Part shown: piece after piece, positions 48,868 through 59,476 of the stretch
How the letters are laid out: each line of letters begins with the position of its first letter
Position numbering within the stretch: position 1 is the first letter of the stretch
Source: a virus
Taxonomy: Duplodnaviria > Caudoviricetes
IMG/VR virus record: IMGVR_UViG_3300037400_002094
Span: 29,893-93,892 of that record
Strand: one strand, 5' to 3'
Length of the DNA stretch: 64,000 nucleotides
The notes under the pieces: generated by a model
Databases searched by the model: none
Told to the model about the DNA's origin: nothing
The model's input: the letters and a program-made list of their open reading frames with translations, nothing else
Translations under genes and position numbers: made by a program

Positions 48868-51800
48868 ATGAGAACCATACAAAGTAAGATTTCACTAGAG
48901 CCTATGACATCAAGGCTTCCTGGTATGTTCCCAGCATACCAGGACAATGTGCTTTATTTCTTCGATGAGAAGTCATTGGAGGAAAGGGAGTATGAGTTTA
49001 CCAGTAACTACGGTATGATACCAGTAAACGTCATGGTTGAGTATGACGAAAATGGCAATACGTGGAATCTGGTGTATGACTCTCATTGCTATGGAACGAC
49101 CCTTGGTACTGATGAATTGTGTTATGATGGTGAGGAGTACGATGTTTTCGATGGAAACCGCTATGATAAACATGATATATTCAATCATTTGACATTATCA
49201 TGGGATACTCTTAGCGATTGGTATAATTTTTTTACAGATTATTACCACTTGCTTAATGACTGGGGACATTGTGGTACGGCATATTCCAGTGCAACACATT
49301 ATTATGCTGGAGAATCTAGTAACGGATATCTCGAACAGCTAAAATATGGCTCTGATAGAGATACTTATGCTGAGCTTGACACGCTGTTCGAGGAAAGGGG
49401 AGGCATTGTTTCCTCATATACCTGTTCGGCAACAGCGACAACCAAAGTTGGTAATGTGGTTAACTATAAGTGTAACTTTGACAAGTGCAGTGCCCATACA
49501 ATCATAACGGAAAGCTTTGATATTGGGTTCTACAAGTGGATTTGCGACAATATAATTCCTTCCTTCGTGATTCCAGTTCAGTATAAGGACTACTGGAGGC
49601 GTGACAGGCTTTATTACCCAGACGTAATAAAGTGGTACAGTTGGATGAACGACAGGAAGAGCTATAGCGGTACTACTGAAGAGCAATTGGAGATTTACAA
49701 CTGCTCTGCCTCTACAGATTGCTGTGAGTGTGAGGATTGGTTCAATAGAGGTGGTGGCGACATGCTTAACCAGATGAAAACGTGGCATGAGTCAGTGAGT
49801 GGGAAAATAGAGTCAAACAACGACATAGTAAGACAGCACATAGAATGTGCGATACCTACCATTATAACACCACTTTCACTACAGGTTTCTATTGATGATT
49901 TAGGTGAATTCAGTATATTTTCTAAAGAGTATGAGCTTGGCATAGACTACAGGACTGTGAAGACAGAAACTGGAGAAACTGGCACAATAATACATTACGA
50001 GGAGAACAACTCCAATACTGGTACTGTGGTGACGATGAACGGTGAGTCAAAGATACTTACTGGAGGAACTGGTTTCGCCTATGACGAAAGGTACATGGAG
50101 AAATATGTCTGCAAGTGTAATAGCCAAAACTGCGGATATGAAGGATATTTTACAGATAAGTGCCCTAAATGTGGGGGTAGCGACATTAGCATCATAGGCT
50201 GGAGTGCATACACCCCAAGCTGTACCACTGTGGCATGCTCTTTTGAGGAGTATGACGATGCATACAGAATGTCTAACTCTGGATATACAACTGCTGATAC
50301 CCCTACTCGCACGGCTTATACGCAAGGTGATTTGTATTATTATACCTTTAACAAGGATAATGTACGAATAGTAGCTGATACCGAGGACGAATTAAGAAGC
50401 AAGTTGGCGGTAAAATACCCTATAGAGAGACGTGACGCTATATTCATAAACGGTACGCTATACGACATACAAAGAGAGGAATTCGGTGTGTATGACCAAA
50501 ACTCTTCTTTCTTGAGTGGTAAGACATTCTTTGTGTACAGGGAGGAATATACCGACACACCATATACGATAATAAACGGCAAGAAGATATATGCAGATTT
50601 CTATCCGTTCAGTGGCACATGCAGTCAGTTCTTCTATTTCCCATTCTTCAAGCAGGCTAAGAAGGATAATGACAGCACCTGTAGTGCTAGTACCTTCAAT
50701 CCTGGGAACTATAAGCCATTCCCAAGAACCAGGACTACGTTGAAGGATAAGGATTACATCGAATTCATCACTTATGCTGGTACGCAGCATATCGTAAGTG
50801 AAAGCGGGGTGACAATAAATGACATAGAACATCCTAGGATATGCAGTGGAACTTGTGATACTCCAGACGGTGAGTTATTAATAACCAATGTAACACTGAA
50901 TGCCAACTACGATTATGAGGTGTCCCAAACAGGTAATATAATCTATCACTTGAATGGAAGCAACATTGACATATATGACCAGAACGTTGAGGAATACACT
51001 GTAATACCTGCTGAGTTTGTCGTACAGAAAAAAGTTGACGATAACATAGATGTGTATGTCGGCGGTATATTGTCTGGTACTTCTGGGTCAAAGATATATA
51101 ACCTTCGTTCAAACTCATTGCTGAATGACGACATAGCAAATGTCATTGAGGGTTTGTATGATATAGGTAACAAGTATAATCACCAGCCACCAGAAGGAGA
51201 GAGACTAGAGCCAATCTACCAGGTTGGAAACGTGGCTAACATACAGAGGTTCAGTTTGACGATAGAAGACCAGAAAGACCTTCCTAAGTCAACTACAGCT
51301 GTAAACTATTTTATAGGCGACATCATAACCAAGATGAGGTTCTACTACAGGGACGTTGACGGGGAGGAAGTTGCTGGTACAAGCTTTGAAGCCGCCACTC
51401 CAGTAAACGGCGAATACACCTCGTTGGCAGCGATAAACCTTGCTAGAGCTGAGAAAGCTAGAATCGAACAATTACCAATAGGTGAGGATGACCATAAAAT
51501 ATTATTCGATGATGACATCTATTGTGATATAACATACTACATAGGTGCTACGTTGCAGAGAAGTGGAGACACAACAACTCTTGCTGGAGAGACAAGTCCA
51601 TACCAGATGGCTGTTGACACTGGAAACAAGAAATTTAGTAGTGGCGTATGCTACAATGAAACCGTTAAATTTGTTGAGACGGAGGTACAGTATTATCTTA
51701 GGACTGAGGATACAAAACAAATCCCAACCAACAAGAATAAGGCATCAGCGCATACCATAAGCTATCCAGTTGTATGCTATACACTTGTACAGGTAACAGA

Positions 51801-52089
51801 GAAGATAAAGTCTCATTATGACAACTACTATTATGATGCAATGGCAACATTCACAATGCCAATGAAGGCTGATACTGTTGATTTTATGAGATATAACGGG
51901 AAACAGACGATTCCAGTGTTCAGAGAAGAATATAAAATGGGTACAGCATGCCCACAAAACACGGATATTAATATTTATATAGACAGAAAGGTTAATGCAG
52001 CCTTCGAAAAACACCTCAAACTTGGAGAGGTAACGAGCTTGGAGGCACTTGAGCAGTATACCAATGGATATTTTAAGATACAAAACTAA
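48868..52089 (+). CDS. Large Cys-rich virion protein
   Basis: 1073 aa; DCCECED and CKC...C...CPKC motifs. Confidence 0.6.
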   Translation: MRTIQSKISLEPMTSRLPGMFPAYQDNVLYFFDEKSLEEREYEFTSNYGMIPVNVMVEYDENGNTWNLVYDSHCYGTTLGTDELCYDGEEYDVFDGNRYDKHDIFNHLTLSWDTLSDWYNFFTDYYHLLNDWGHCGTAYSSATHYYAGESSNGYLEQLKYGSDRDTYAELDTLFEERGGIVSSYTCSATATTKVGNVVNYKCNFDKCSAHTIITESFDIGFYKWICDNIIPSFVIPVQYKDYWRRDRLYYPDVIKWYSWMNDRKSYSGTTEEQLEIYNCSASTDCCECEDWFNRGGGDMLNQMKTWHESVSGKIESNNDIVRQHIECAIPTIITPLSLQVSIDDLGEFSIFSKEYELGIDYRTVKTETGETGTIIHYEENNSNTGTVVTMNGESKILTGGTGFAYDERYMEKYVCKCNSQNCGYEGYFTDKCPKCGGSDISIIGWSAYTPSCTTVACSFEEYDDAYRMSNSGYTTADTPTRTAYTQGDLYYYTFNKDNVRIVADTEDELRSKLAVKYPIERRDAIFINGTLYDIQREEFGVYDQNSSFLSGKTFFVYREEYTDTPYTIINGKKIYADFYPFSGTCSQFFYFPFFKQAKKDNDSTCSASTFNPGNYKPFPRTRTTLKDKDYIEFITYAGTQHIVSESGVTINDIEHPRICSGTCDTPDGELLITNVTLNANYDYEVSQTGNIIYHLNGSNIDIYDQNVEEYTVIPAEFVVQKKVDDNIDVYVGGILSGTSGSKIYNLRSNSLLNDDIANVIEGLYDIGNKYNHQPPEGERLEPIYQVGNVANIQRFSLTIEDQKDLPKSTTAVNYFIGDIITKMRFYYRDVDGEEVAGTSFEAATPVNGEYTSLAAINLARAEKARIEQLPIGEDDHKILFDDDIYCDITYYIGATLQRSGDTTTLAGETSPYQMAVDTGNKKFSSGVCYNETVKFVETEVQYYLRTEDTKQIPTNKNKASAHTISYPVVCYTLVQVTEKIKSHYDNYYYDAMATFTMPMKADTVDFMRYNGKQTIPVFREEYKMGTACPQNTDINIYIDRKVNAAFEKHLKLGEVTSLEALEQYTNGYFKIQN

Positions 52090-52112
52090 TATACTAAAAA
52101 TTTTTATGTAAA

Positions 52113-52148
52113 ATGGCTATTGGAGCTTACGGTTTTTTTACAATGTGA
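52113..52148 (+). pseudogene. Stranded duplicate of the downstream gene's 5' end
   Basis: Encodes MAIGAYGFFTM*, versus MSVGCYG at 52218. Confidence 0.45.
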
Positions 52149-52217
52149 AACTCATGGGGTAAAAATAATCTACTTTAATTATAATGATAAAATAATTAAT
52201 TTAAAAAATAAAATATT

Positions 52218-53138
52218 ATGAGCGTTGGATGCTACGGTACTACGATACCTATCAATATCGCTAATGTTGATATACCAAATTTGGTTGACATATCATACTG
52301 TTATCATGAGAAGAGGTCTTATGATTCATTGAGTAATGCTAATTTCCACAGGCTTGACTCAGCCATTCTTACGCAGGCTAGGAGAGAAAAGGCTACTGGT
52401 GATGCTGACGAGTTCGTTGAAGGTATGTACAACCTTCAGCTTCCACTCAGTGAGTTCAATAAGAAGGGTTTCTACACCGTCTACATCAAGCCTAGGGAGA
52501 TTGAGGCTGTGATTGCTGATGTCAGTACCCTAACAGCTTTCTCTGGTGTGACTGGTATTGTCATCGATACTACACAAATTAGAAATTCAAGTATAAGAAC
52601 CAAGGCACAGAAGAACAATGAGCTTGTGGGATATAGGATTATATACCTTGATGATAACGGCGCAAGACAGGACTACTACAGGATTATCACCAGTAACAAC
52701 AGGTGTGAACCAGTCGTACAAGCACCTACCTCATCAAGTGATAAGTCATATACGTACAGGTTTGAGGATTCATCGACCCTTACGTTCATAACGGTATCCC
52801 CATCTTCTGCACCTAGTTTCAGAAGCAATGCCCTTCCATACATAGGAAAGCCTACGCAGAAGATATTGCTTGTCAATACGTTCTTCGAGCCAATAATGCT
52901 TGACATTGAAATGACCACACATAATGCTGACACCATAAGCTACATGCTTGAGAATAGTCAGCTCAGAGACCTTGACAACGGTCTTGTGACGACGTTCAAT
53001 GACAAGAACGAGATTTACTCACAGTCAGAGCACTTCACGCTCAAAGACCAGTACACAGGAAAGCCTGTATACGAAGTTAAACACAATAAGAATAATTCAA
53101 TTGACTTTAGCCAGACAATTGATGATAAGATAAGCTAA
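52218..53138 (+). CDS. Conserved virion structural protein
   Basis: 306 aa in the structural operon (GMYNLQLP...GFYTVYIKP, NTFFEP). Confidence 0.6.
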   Translation: MSVGCYGTTIPINIANVDIPNLVDISYCYHEKRSYDSLSNANFHRLDSAILTQARREKATGDADEFVEGMYNLQLPLSEFNKKGFYTVYIKPREIEAVIADVSTLTAFSGVTGIVIDTTQIRNSSIRTKAQKNNELVGYRIIYLDDNGARQDYYRIITSNNRCEPVVQAPTSSSDKSYTYRFEDSSTLTFITVSPSSAPSFRSNALPYIGKPTQKILLVNTFFEPIMLDIEMTTHNADTISYMLENSQLRDLDNGLVTTFNDKNEIYSQSEHFTLKDQYTGKPVYEVKHNKNNSIDFSQTIDDKIS

Positions 53139-53142
53139 GAAA

Positions 53143-56100
53143 ATGCCACTTATAAAGAGTCATTCAAACTATGTGCTTAAATCAAAGCACCAGACCATTA
53201 ACGACGGTACAATCTGGGAGAGGGATATTACTACTATCGGTGGACTCAACCAGTTTGCACCTGGACAGACACCTATATACAAGAGCAGCAACTTCATCAT
53301 CACCGTGAGGGATGATAATAGGCTGACGAACCAGTATGCCACCAAGAAATGGGAAAAGACTCAGAGTGGTGACGTGTGGACTCTTGAGACATTGAGTAGC
53401 ATGACCTCAGACTATGATGAGGAGAACGACACCAAGATTGTCTTAAAACGTGACTATTACGATTTCAGAGACTTCGCTTATTATGGCTCTCTTACAGAAC
53501 TATTTAGGTCTTCTTTAACTGATATAATGGATAGATTCCCAGGGGAAATGTTTTTCTCTGGTGAGGAGGCTTATTACAAATACTCCCACGTTGTAGACGG
53601 TGAACTAATAGAGGAGACATTCCAGGTTGGTAAGAAGGTTGTTGCAGAAGAAATTGACGACAAATGTGTTCTTAAGGAGGTAGACTACGAAGATGAAAGA
53701 TTCAAGGGCTACTATTATGAGCTTAAGAACCCATTCGGCATTAACATTTACTCAACGAAGCGTCCTGTTGGTGCTAACCCATTAAGGTATTTCGCTGAGG
53801 GTGGTTATCTTAACTTCAAGCTGGTTAACATCTGTGAAGACCAGGAATGTAATTTCACTTGGCCAGGAACTCTTGTTAAGAGAATCTGTGTGCCTAAGTG
53901 TGGCGATGATACTTGTGACTGTGAAGCAATAGAAAACATAACGCCTCCAGTTCCATCATGTAACTGTGACGCAATAGATAATATTACAGACCCAGTTCCA
54001 TCATGTAACTGTGACGCAATAGATAATATCACAGACCCAGTTCCATCATGTAACTGTGACGCAATAGATAATATCACAGACCCAGAGCCAGAAGTTTCAA
54101 GGCGTTCATTGAGGGCTGCTGCTAAGTCTGGAGGAAAGAGTAATAGCGAGAGCACTGGTGAGGAAATAACCGATAACTGCCCAGCAACTCCTACTGTTAT
54201 TGATGTAAAAGTTTTTATAGACCCTTCTGGTAAGATTCATTACATGTATAAGGATACAAGTTTGAATGGATATCATCTTAGGCCAGACAGTAAGTTCATT
54301 GTCGAGTTCTATAATGATTCAAATGCGTTCGAGAAGCTTATACTTAATTATGAAGCAGCACCTAGATATAGTTCAACGTTCTCAGTGATACGTGAGAATG
54401 AGTTCGGATATTTCAGAAGGTTTGAAGACTTTACATTTCCAACATCAGAAGGTGGATATAACCCTACAGTTGACGATGACTTCATAAAAGACTTGCTTGA
54501 GATTGGTGAGTTCTATGATGAGAGGTTTACGGATAACCTTTGGCGTTCAATGACACACGAGGCTATTAAGAACTTCGACTGGACTTTCACACGTGAATAT
54601 GAGGACGGTGAGGAGATAGAGTTTGTCGCTGGAGGCAAGAAGATACAGAAGGCACTTAGAATCTTCGCAAGAGAGTTCGATGAAATCAAGTCATTCATTG
54701 ATAACATAAGGTTCATGAATAGGATAACCTATGATGAGAGAAGTAATATGCCAGACTACTTCCTGTCAGATTCGTGTGAACAGGACGGATGGGATATCAA
54801 GTATATTATGCCTTATGAACTTGAGGAGAAATATATTGACAATAAAGGAAATATTGTGGTAAATAAGGACTACACAAATACTGAAAACCAGTTAAAGAAC
54901 ATTGTTAGTGATAATGTATACTTCACACGTGAATATTCACAAAAGTCAAAGAATACAGTAAAACCATATACAGAGAAGAACATAAAGGATGGAAGTGCGC
55001 ACGGTTACTTCTATGACTGTTCAACCAAGGCTGGAAAATGTAATTTCACTTGCTGGTTGAATGAGGCATACAGCAGCGATACTGGCTGTAATCTAAGAGT
55101 GGCTAGTGCCCTCACTCAGAACCCAGACACTTCTCCTGCCGACCTTTGTACGCCAAAATACGAAAGTGTTGCAGTACTTACACGTAAGGATGGCACGGAC
55201 AGACTTACTGACAGAATCAAGTCATATACCGATGAAACCGAGTATTCTTACATGGGTGTCAACAACGAGTTCCTAAGAAGATTATCCCTTAATTCCAAGT
55301 ATATATGGAGGCATAAGGGTACTATAGATGGTATCGAGATGATTCTTGGTATGTTCGGACTCAAGAGTAAGAGGTGGCTTGATAGGATGAACTGTAACGA
55401 CATGATATATACAGATGAGGGTTATGTCTGTCAACCAAGCCTAAGATATAAAAGTAAAGATGCGTGTTGTACACCAGAACAAGAAGAACCAGATAAGTGT
55501 AGTAGTTGTAAAACAGTTCCAGACTATGAGATTAGGGAGTACACTTCATTTGCTAAGAGAATTGAGGAAGAGTGGGACGTGGAGCACCAGATGTACAGGA
55601 TTGACTGGGTTAATACGACCAAGACCCTTGTATATGACTACAGGTTTCAGTCCAATTATACACTTCCAGGAAGTATCGGATACACTGGCATACCTTACCA
55701 GGGAATACCAGTATCCTATAGGGAGGAATATAGTGGATATACAGATGATAAAAAATATTTGACATATGGCGCTGATAATAGCAAGGAATACTATGTAGAT
55801 GCATACGGTAATAAGATACCTAAGAGATACCTTTATCCTAACTTCAATAAGTATGAACAACTAGACGGAAACCCATACTTCCAGATGGACGGTGGATGGT
55901 TGGCAAAGAAAATAACTGGTATATCTACAGCTACAGAAGGTGAAGAGCCTACAGAGGAGGAAACCGCATACAACTTCCAGTTTGATGTGGATGATAATAT
56001 TGTATACAACAAGTATGTTCCTTCTGGCTATGTGACCACGAACGGCTTCATAAATGATAACCATGCGTTGTATAAGGAGACCATAAGAACCATAAGAAAG

Positions 56101-57435
56101 GTTGACAGACTCAGTGAGCTTGTTACAGTACCTCAGATTGAGCTACATGACGGCTCTATATATTATGTTGACAAGGTTGGAAACGACGTTGCCATAATAA
56201 ACGGAGAAGTATACGACGTAAATCACCAGGGTAATCTCAGATATGTTACATATAGGAAGATTGATGGATTCATTGGAGTTGGTGACAAGTTCTTTGACGA
56301 AACAATCGTAGTGTATGACAAGGAAGGAAGAATTACGACCTACAGTCTTTATGACAAGGAAAATGGATATGAGCTAAGGGCTTATTTCAAAGACACAATA
56401 GAGAATGGTGTTGTAACAAATACCGATTTCAAGACTTATAACGGAGATAACCCAGCATATACCATCGACTCTTTCCAGATAATATCAGATGCAGTCGAAG
56501 ACAATGAATTGCTCACCAATTACTATATCATCGACGATGTGTCATTCTCAGATACGATTGCCTCTTCAGACCTCAAATACGGATGGAGAAGGTTGAAGAC
56601 AACTGACCACGAGTACATGAGGATAAACACCATAACCAACTACTACAACGGTAACAACGGGCACAATGGTAATATGGTATATGACAGTGGCCACGAGTAT
56701 TTCACATACTTCAACAGAATATTCAAGTATGCTTATGATACTGATAACTTTGATACCAGGTGTTATACGGATGGATTTGACTGGCTTGGAGGTGAGGTAT
56801 TCAGCTATGGATTCTCTGGACTTATAGACAGTAATGAGGAAATCAAACAGTATGACAAGTTCATACTTGACGACGAGAAGATTCACTACTTCGGAAACTT
56901 CAAGGACAACCCAGACCCAGACGGTGCTCAGCTCAAGAAGCCAGTACGTGAAAGAGACTACTCAATTAAAACCCTTTATACCTATGGAGATAAACATAAA
57001 TATGCTGTTTCAACAGGTGCTGAGGGTGAGACAGATGCTCAGATAATAGAATCAGCTAACACAGCAATATCCAGGTCTCTTGGATTGGCAAAGAAGGATA
57101 ATACTGGTAAGTGGGAAACTGTAAGCGGTATTACTGTTAGTGGCTATACGATTACTGACATGCCTACATACAGTGGAAGCGTTCTTGCTGAAAAGGGCAT
57201 CATAGATAGCCCTACCAATCTGGACGGTATAGACGACGTTACTAACCAGATTCTTAACAACAAGAGAATTAAGATAATATTCAACATGAAATATGACTTC
57301 AACAGCAAGGAGGGACAGTGTGAGCTTAAGTATATAGACGATATTGTTATGAACTATCTTACACAGCTAGTTCCTTCTACTGCAATCTTTGATGTAGAGT
57401 ATAACTATTGTAACTTCAATTACAACAAGTGTTAA
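53143..57435 (+). CDS. Large baseplate/tail protein with Cys-rich tandem repeat
   Basis: 1430 aa; WRHKGTIDGIEMILGMFG resembles the P2 gpI / T4 gp7 wedge motif; ends YLTQLVPSTAI. Confidence 0.65.
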   Translation: MPLIKSHSNYVLKSKHQTINDGTIWERDITTIGGLNQFAPGQTPIYKSSNFIITVRDDNRLTNQYATKKWEKTQSGDVWTLETLSSMTSDYDEENDTKIVLKRDYYDFRDFAYYGSLTELFRSSLTDIMDRFPGEMFFSGEEAYYKYSHVVDGELIEETFQVGKKVVAEEIDDKCVLKEVDYEDERFKGYYYELKNPFGINIYSTKRPVGANPLRYFAEGGYLNFKLVNICEDQECNFTWPGTLVKRICVPKCGDDTCDCEAIENITPPVPSCNCDAIDNITDPVPSCNCDAIDNITDPVPSCNCDAIDNITDPEPEVSRRSLRAAAKSGGKSNSESTGEEITDNCPATPTVIDVKVFIDPSGKIHYMYKDTSLNGYHLRPDSKFIVEFYNDSNAFEKLILNYEAAPRYSSTFSVIRENEFGYFRRFEDFTFPTSEGGYNPTVDDDFIKDLLEIGEFYDERFTDNLWRSMTHEAIKNFDWTFTREYEDGEEIEFVAGGKKIQKALRIFAREFDEIKSFIDNIRFMNRITYDERSNMPDYFLSDSCEQDGWDIKYIMPYELEEKYIDNKGNIVVNKDYTNTENQLKNIVSDNVYFTREYSQKSKNTVKPYTEKNIKDGSAHGYFYDCSTKAGKCNFTCWLNEAYSSDTGCNLRVASALTQNPDTSPADLCTPKYESVAVLTRKDGTDRLTDRIKSYTDETEYSYMGVNNEFLRRLSLNSKYIWRHKGTIDGIEMILGMFGLKSKRWLDRMNCNDMIYTDEGYVCQPSLRYKSKDACCTPEQEEPDKCSSCKTVPDYEIREYTSFAKRIEEEWDVEHQMYRIDWVNTTKTLVYDYRFQSNYTLPGSIGYTGIPYQGIPVSYREEYSGYTDDKKYLTYGADNSKEYYVDAYGNKIPKRYLYPNFNKYEQLDGNPYFQMDGGWLAKKITGISTATEGEEPTEEETAYNFQFDVDDNIVYNKYVPSGYVTTNGFINDNHALYKETIRTIRKVDRLSELVTVPQIELHDGSIYYVDKVGNDVAIINGEVYDVNHQGNLRYVTYRKIDGFIGVGDKFFDETIVVYDKEGRITTYSLYDKENGYELRAYFKDTIENGVVTNTDFKTYNGDNPAYTIDSFQIISDAVEDNELLTNYYIIDDVSFSDTIASSDLKYGWRRLKTTDHEYMRINTITNYYNGNNGHNGNMVYDSGHEYFTYFNRIFKYAYDTDNFDTRCYTDGFDWLGGEVFSYGFSGLIDSNEEIKQYDKFILDDEKIHYFGNFKDNPDPDGAQLKKPVRERDYSIKTLYTYGDKHKYAVSTGAEGETDAQIIESANTAISRSLGLAKKDNTGKWETVSGITVSGYTITDMPTYSGSVLAEKGIIDSPTNLDGIDDVTNQILNNKRIKIIFNMKYDFNSKEGQCELKYIDDIVMNYLTQLVPSTAIFDVEYNYCNFNYNKC
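53914..54085 (+). repeat. 45-bp in-frame tandem repeat (PVPSCNCDAIDNITD), three near-perfect copies plus one degenerate
   Basis: Units at 53947, 53992 and 54037 differ at one position; diverged partial copy at 53914-53946. Confidence 0.95.
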
Positions 57436-57437
57436 GT

Positions 57438-58847
57438 ATGAATACTGAATACAAAATAATAGGTCCTGGTGATAAAAAGACTAATCCAATAATAGTGGAA
57501 GTGGACGGAAGAGAAACGTCTGCTTCCATAACTTATACTGTCAGAACTTCAGAATCGGCTGATTGTAATACATTTTCAACCGATAACACCTATTATCACA
57601 TAATACCGTTAGAACCATTGAAGTGCGACGATGCCGATAAGCCTAATGACGTAACGTCGGTAACGGTCAATCTTGGTGTTGACCCACAAGACCCAGATAA
57701 ACAAATAACAGCACCATTGTGGTATAAAGTAACACAGAAGAAATATGACTGTGAAAAAGGCTGTGCTGGCAATGGCGTGTGTGATGTCATAAGGGCATGG
57801 ACTGTACCTTATTTCATAGGTGATGACCTGGCTGCTGACAGTGACGTAACAATCTACTATGAGTACTTCTACACCAAGACAGACCCCAACACCCATCAAA
57901 TATGTGGAAGGGAACAGAAGATAGGTACTAAGGTATATAAGAAGAGTGAGCTTCCAGCAAACCCAATCGAGTTCACAACAGATGAAGGTTGTCCTATAAA
58001 AGTTACAACTGCTGATACAATAGACGGCTGTGCATCAGAGCCTAGCGTAGACCTAACGGTTTCATTCACTACAGTACCAGGGGAAATTCCTGCAACTGGA
58101 GGAAATGTAACCATAGTATGCAGCTATAAGAGGGTAGAGATTGATGAGAAGTGTAATAGGAAGGTAAGAAGTGGTTCGTTCACAATAGAAGAGGAAATTA
58201 CCGAATGTCCTAACACCTCACTTGAATGCTGCTTTGACCATGACGTTTTTGTTACAATAACAGTTGCTGATATAATACAATACTCACATACAACAGGTGA
58301 AAATATCAATGTATATTACAACAATAATAAAGTTACAGATATCATTAAAGTACCAGTAAGGATGCTTGCAAGGCATGACGGCGTTTGTAGCGACGCATGT
58401 ATGGAGAGTGTGACGTGCTGTGTTACAAGCCCTGTTAGAATATACTATGAGAAAAAGTTTAATAGCGATATCTGGGGTGAAGAGGGAGTTGGCAGCGTAC
58501 CTTGCACTGGTGGAAGAATAAAGGTAGAATGGGATTACATAGCTTATTCAAAATGCACAAAGCCTGTTAATCTGACATATAACGAGATATGGATGATAGG
58601 TGGTTGTGACGAGAGCACAAGACCAGACATATATGAGGTTCTGTTTAAGAAATGGGATGAGGAGCATTGTCGTGACTACCCTCATGAGAAAGTTGGAGAA
58701 GATTACTTTAACAAAGTTACCGTACAGCCAACACAAGACCCATGTCCGTGCGGAGGACAGCCAGTTACCTGTGACTGTGGTGCAATTGATGATATTACTG
58801 TAGAACCAATACAGCCAACAGAGGTGGAGAAGTTACATTTAGATTAA
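57438..58847 (+). CDS. Cys-rich Ig-like / tail fibre-associated protein
   Basis: ATG 57438 just after the upstream stop; many Cys; ends with CDCGAIDDIT. Confidence 0.6.
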   Translation: MNTEYKIIGPGDKKTNPIIVEVDGRETSASITYTVRTSESADCNTFSTDNTYYHIIPLEPLKCDDADKPNDVTSVTVNLGVDPQDPDKQITAPLWYKVTQKKYDCEKGCAGNGVCDVIRAWTVPYFIGDDLAADSDVTIYYEYFYTKTDPNTHQICGREQKIGTKVYKKSELPANPIEFTTDEGCPIKVTTADTIDGCASEPSVDLTVSFTTVPGEIPATGGNVTIVCSYKRVEIDEKCNRKVRSGSFTIEEEITECPNTSLECCFDHDVFVTITVADIIQYSHTTGENINVYYNNNKVTDIIKVPVRMLARHDGVCSDACMESVTCCVTSPVRIYYEKKFNSDIWGEEGVGSVPCTGGRIKVEWDYIAYSKCTKPVNLTYNEIWMIGGCDESTRPDIYEVLFKKWDEEHCRDYPHEKVGEDYFNKVTVQPTQDPCPCGGQPVTCDCGAIDDITVEPIQPTEVEKLHLD

Positions 58848-58866
58848 AAGAATAAAACAATAGAAT

Positions 58867-59460
58867 ATGTTACAAATAGACAATAAGAAAAATAATTATT
58901 TGCTGGATTTGAACGAAGTACCGTATGATTCACATACCATAAACATCAAGTCGGTTGATGATAAGGGTAATAGGCTATCATGGGGTATAGAGTTCATATC
59001 ATCAGACAAAATCCAGGCGCATGCCAACGGTATTGATGAATTAATCGTAGAAACGCCCCTGGATAGCATAAAAACTGATGAGTATATACTTCTTAGGAAC
59101 TACGCCAAGGAACGCCTCAGAGTGGATTTAAAACCTAATCTGGAGGCAATAAGACCCAAATCATATAAGTTCAAGATAAGTAGTAAGAAAACAGACGGAA
59201 GGAATGTTAAGATAAAGATACTGTCGAAGGATGGTAACAATGAAGTACCTTGGGAATGCTCCTATGATGGCAAGCCATTGACATATACAATAACTCCATT
59301 CTCCAGTGAGATTGGTGAGCATGTCAAAATAGAGCCAAGGGGCGACATATTCGGAGAGATAGAAACCGTAATTAGGTTTACACAGAGTAAAAGTGGTAAT
59401 GAGATTGAACTAAAGTTGAAACAGAGTAACGACTCAGTGGAAATAATAAAAGCTGATTAG
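58867..59460 (+). CDS. Hypothetical protein, possibly Ig-like
   Basis: 197 aa; FTQSKSGNEIELKLKQ ending resembles a BACON-type last strand. Confidence 0.55.
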   Translation: MLQIDNKKNNYLLDLNEVPYDSHTINIKSVDDKGNRLSWGIEFISSDKIQAHANGIDELIVETPLDSIKTDEYILLRNYAKERLRVDLKPNLEAIRPKSYKFKISSKKTDGRNVKIKILSKDGNNEVPWECSYDGKPLTYTITPFSSEIGEHVKIEPRGDIFGEIETVIRFTQSKSGNEIELKLKQSNDSVEIIKAD

Positions 59461-59476
59461 AAATTAATCAGCTTTT
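59448..59476. terminator. Bidirectional terminator-like hairpin across two overlapping convergent stops
   Basis: Perfect 12-bp inverted repeat AAAAGCTGATTA-gaaat-TAATCAGCTTTT. Confidence 0.7.

Noticed and set aside
53914-54085. 45-bp repeats as a CRISPR array or DGR template/variable repeat
   Set aside because: Contiguous in-frame tandem copies with no spacers, no adenine-specific variation, and no cas or reverse transcriptase gene in the window.
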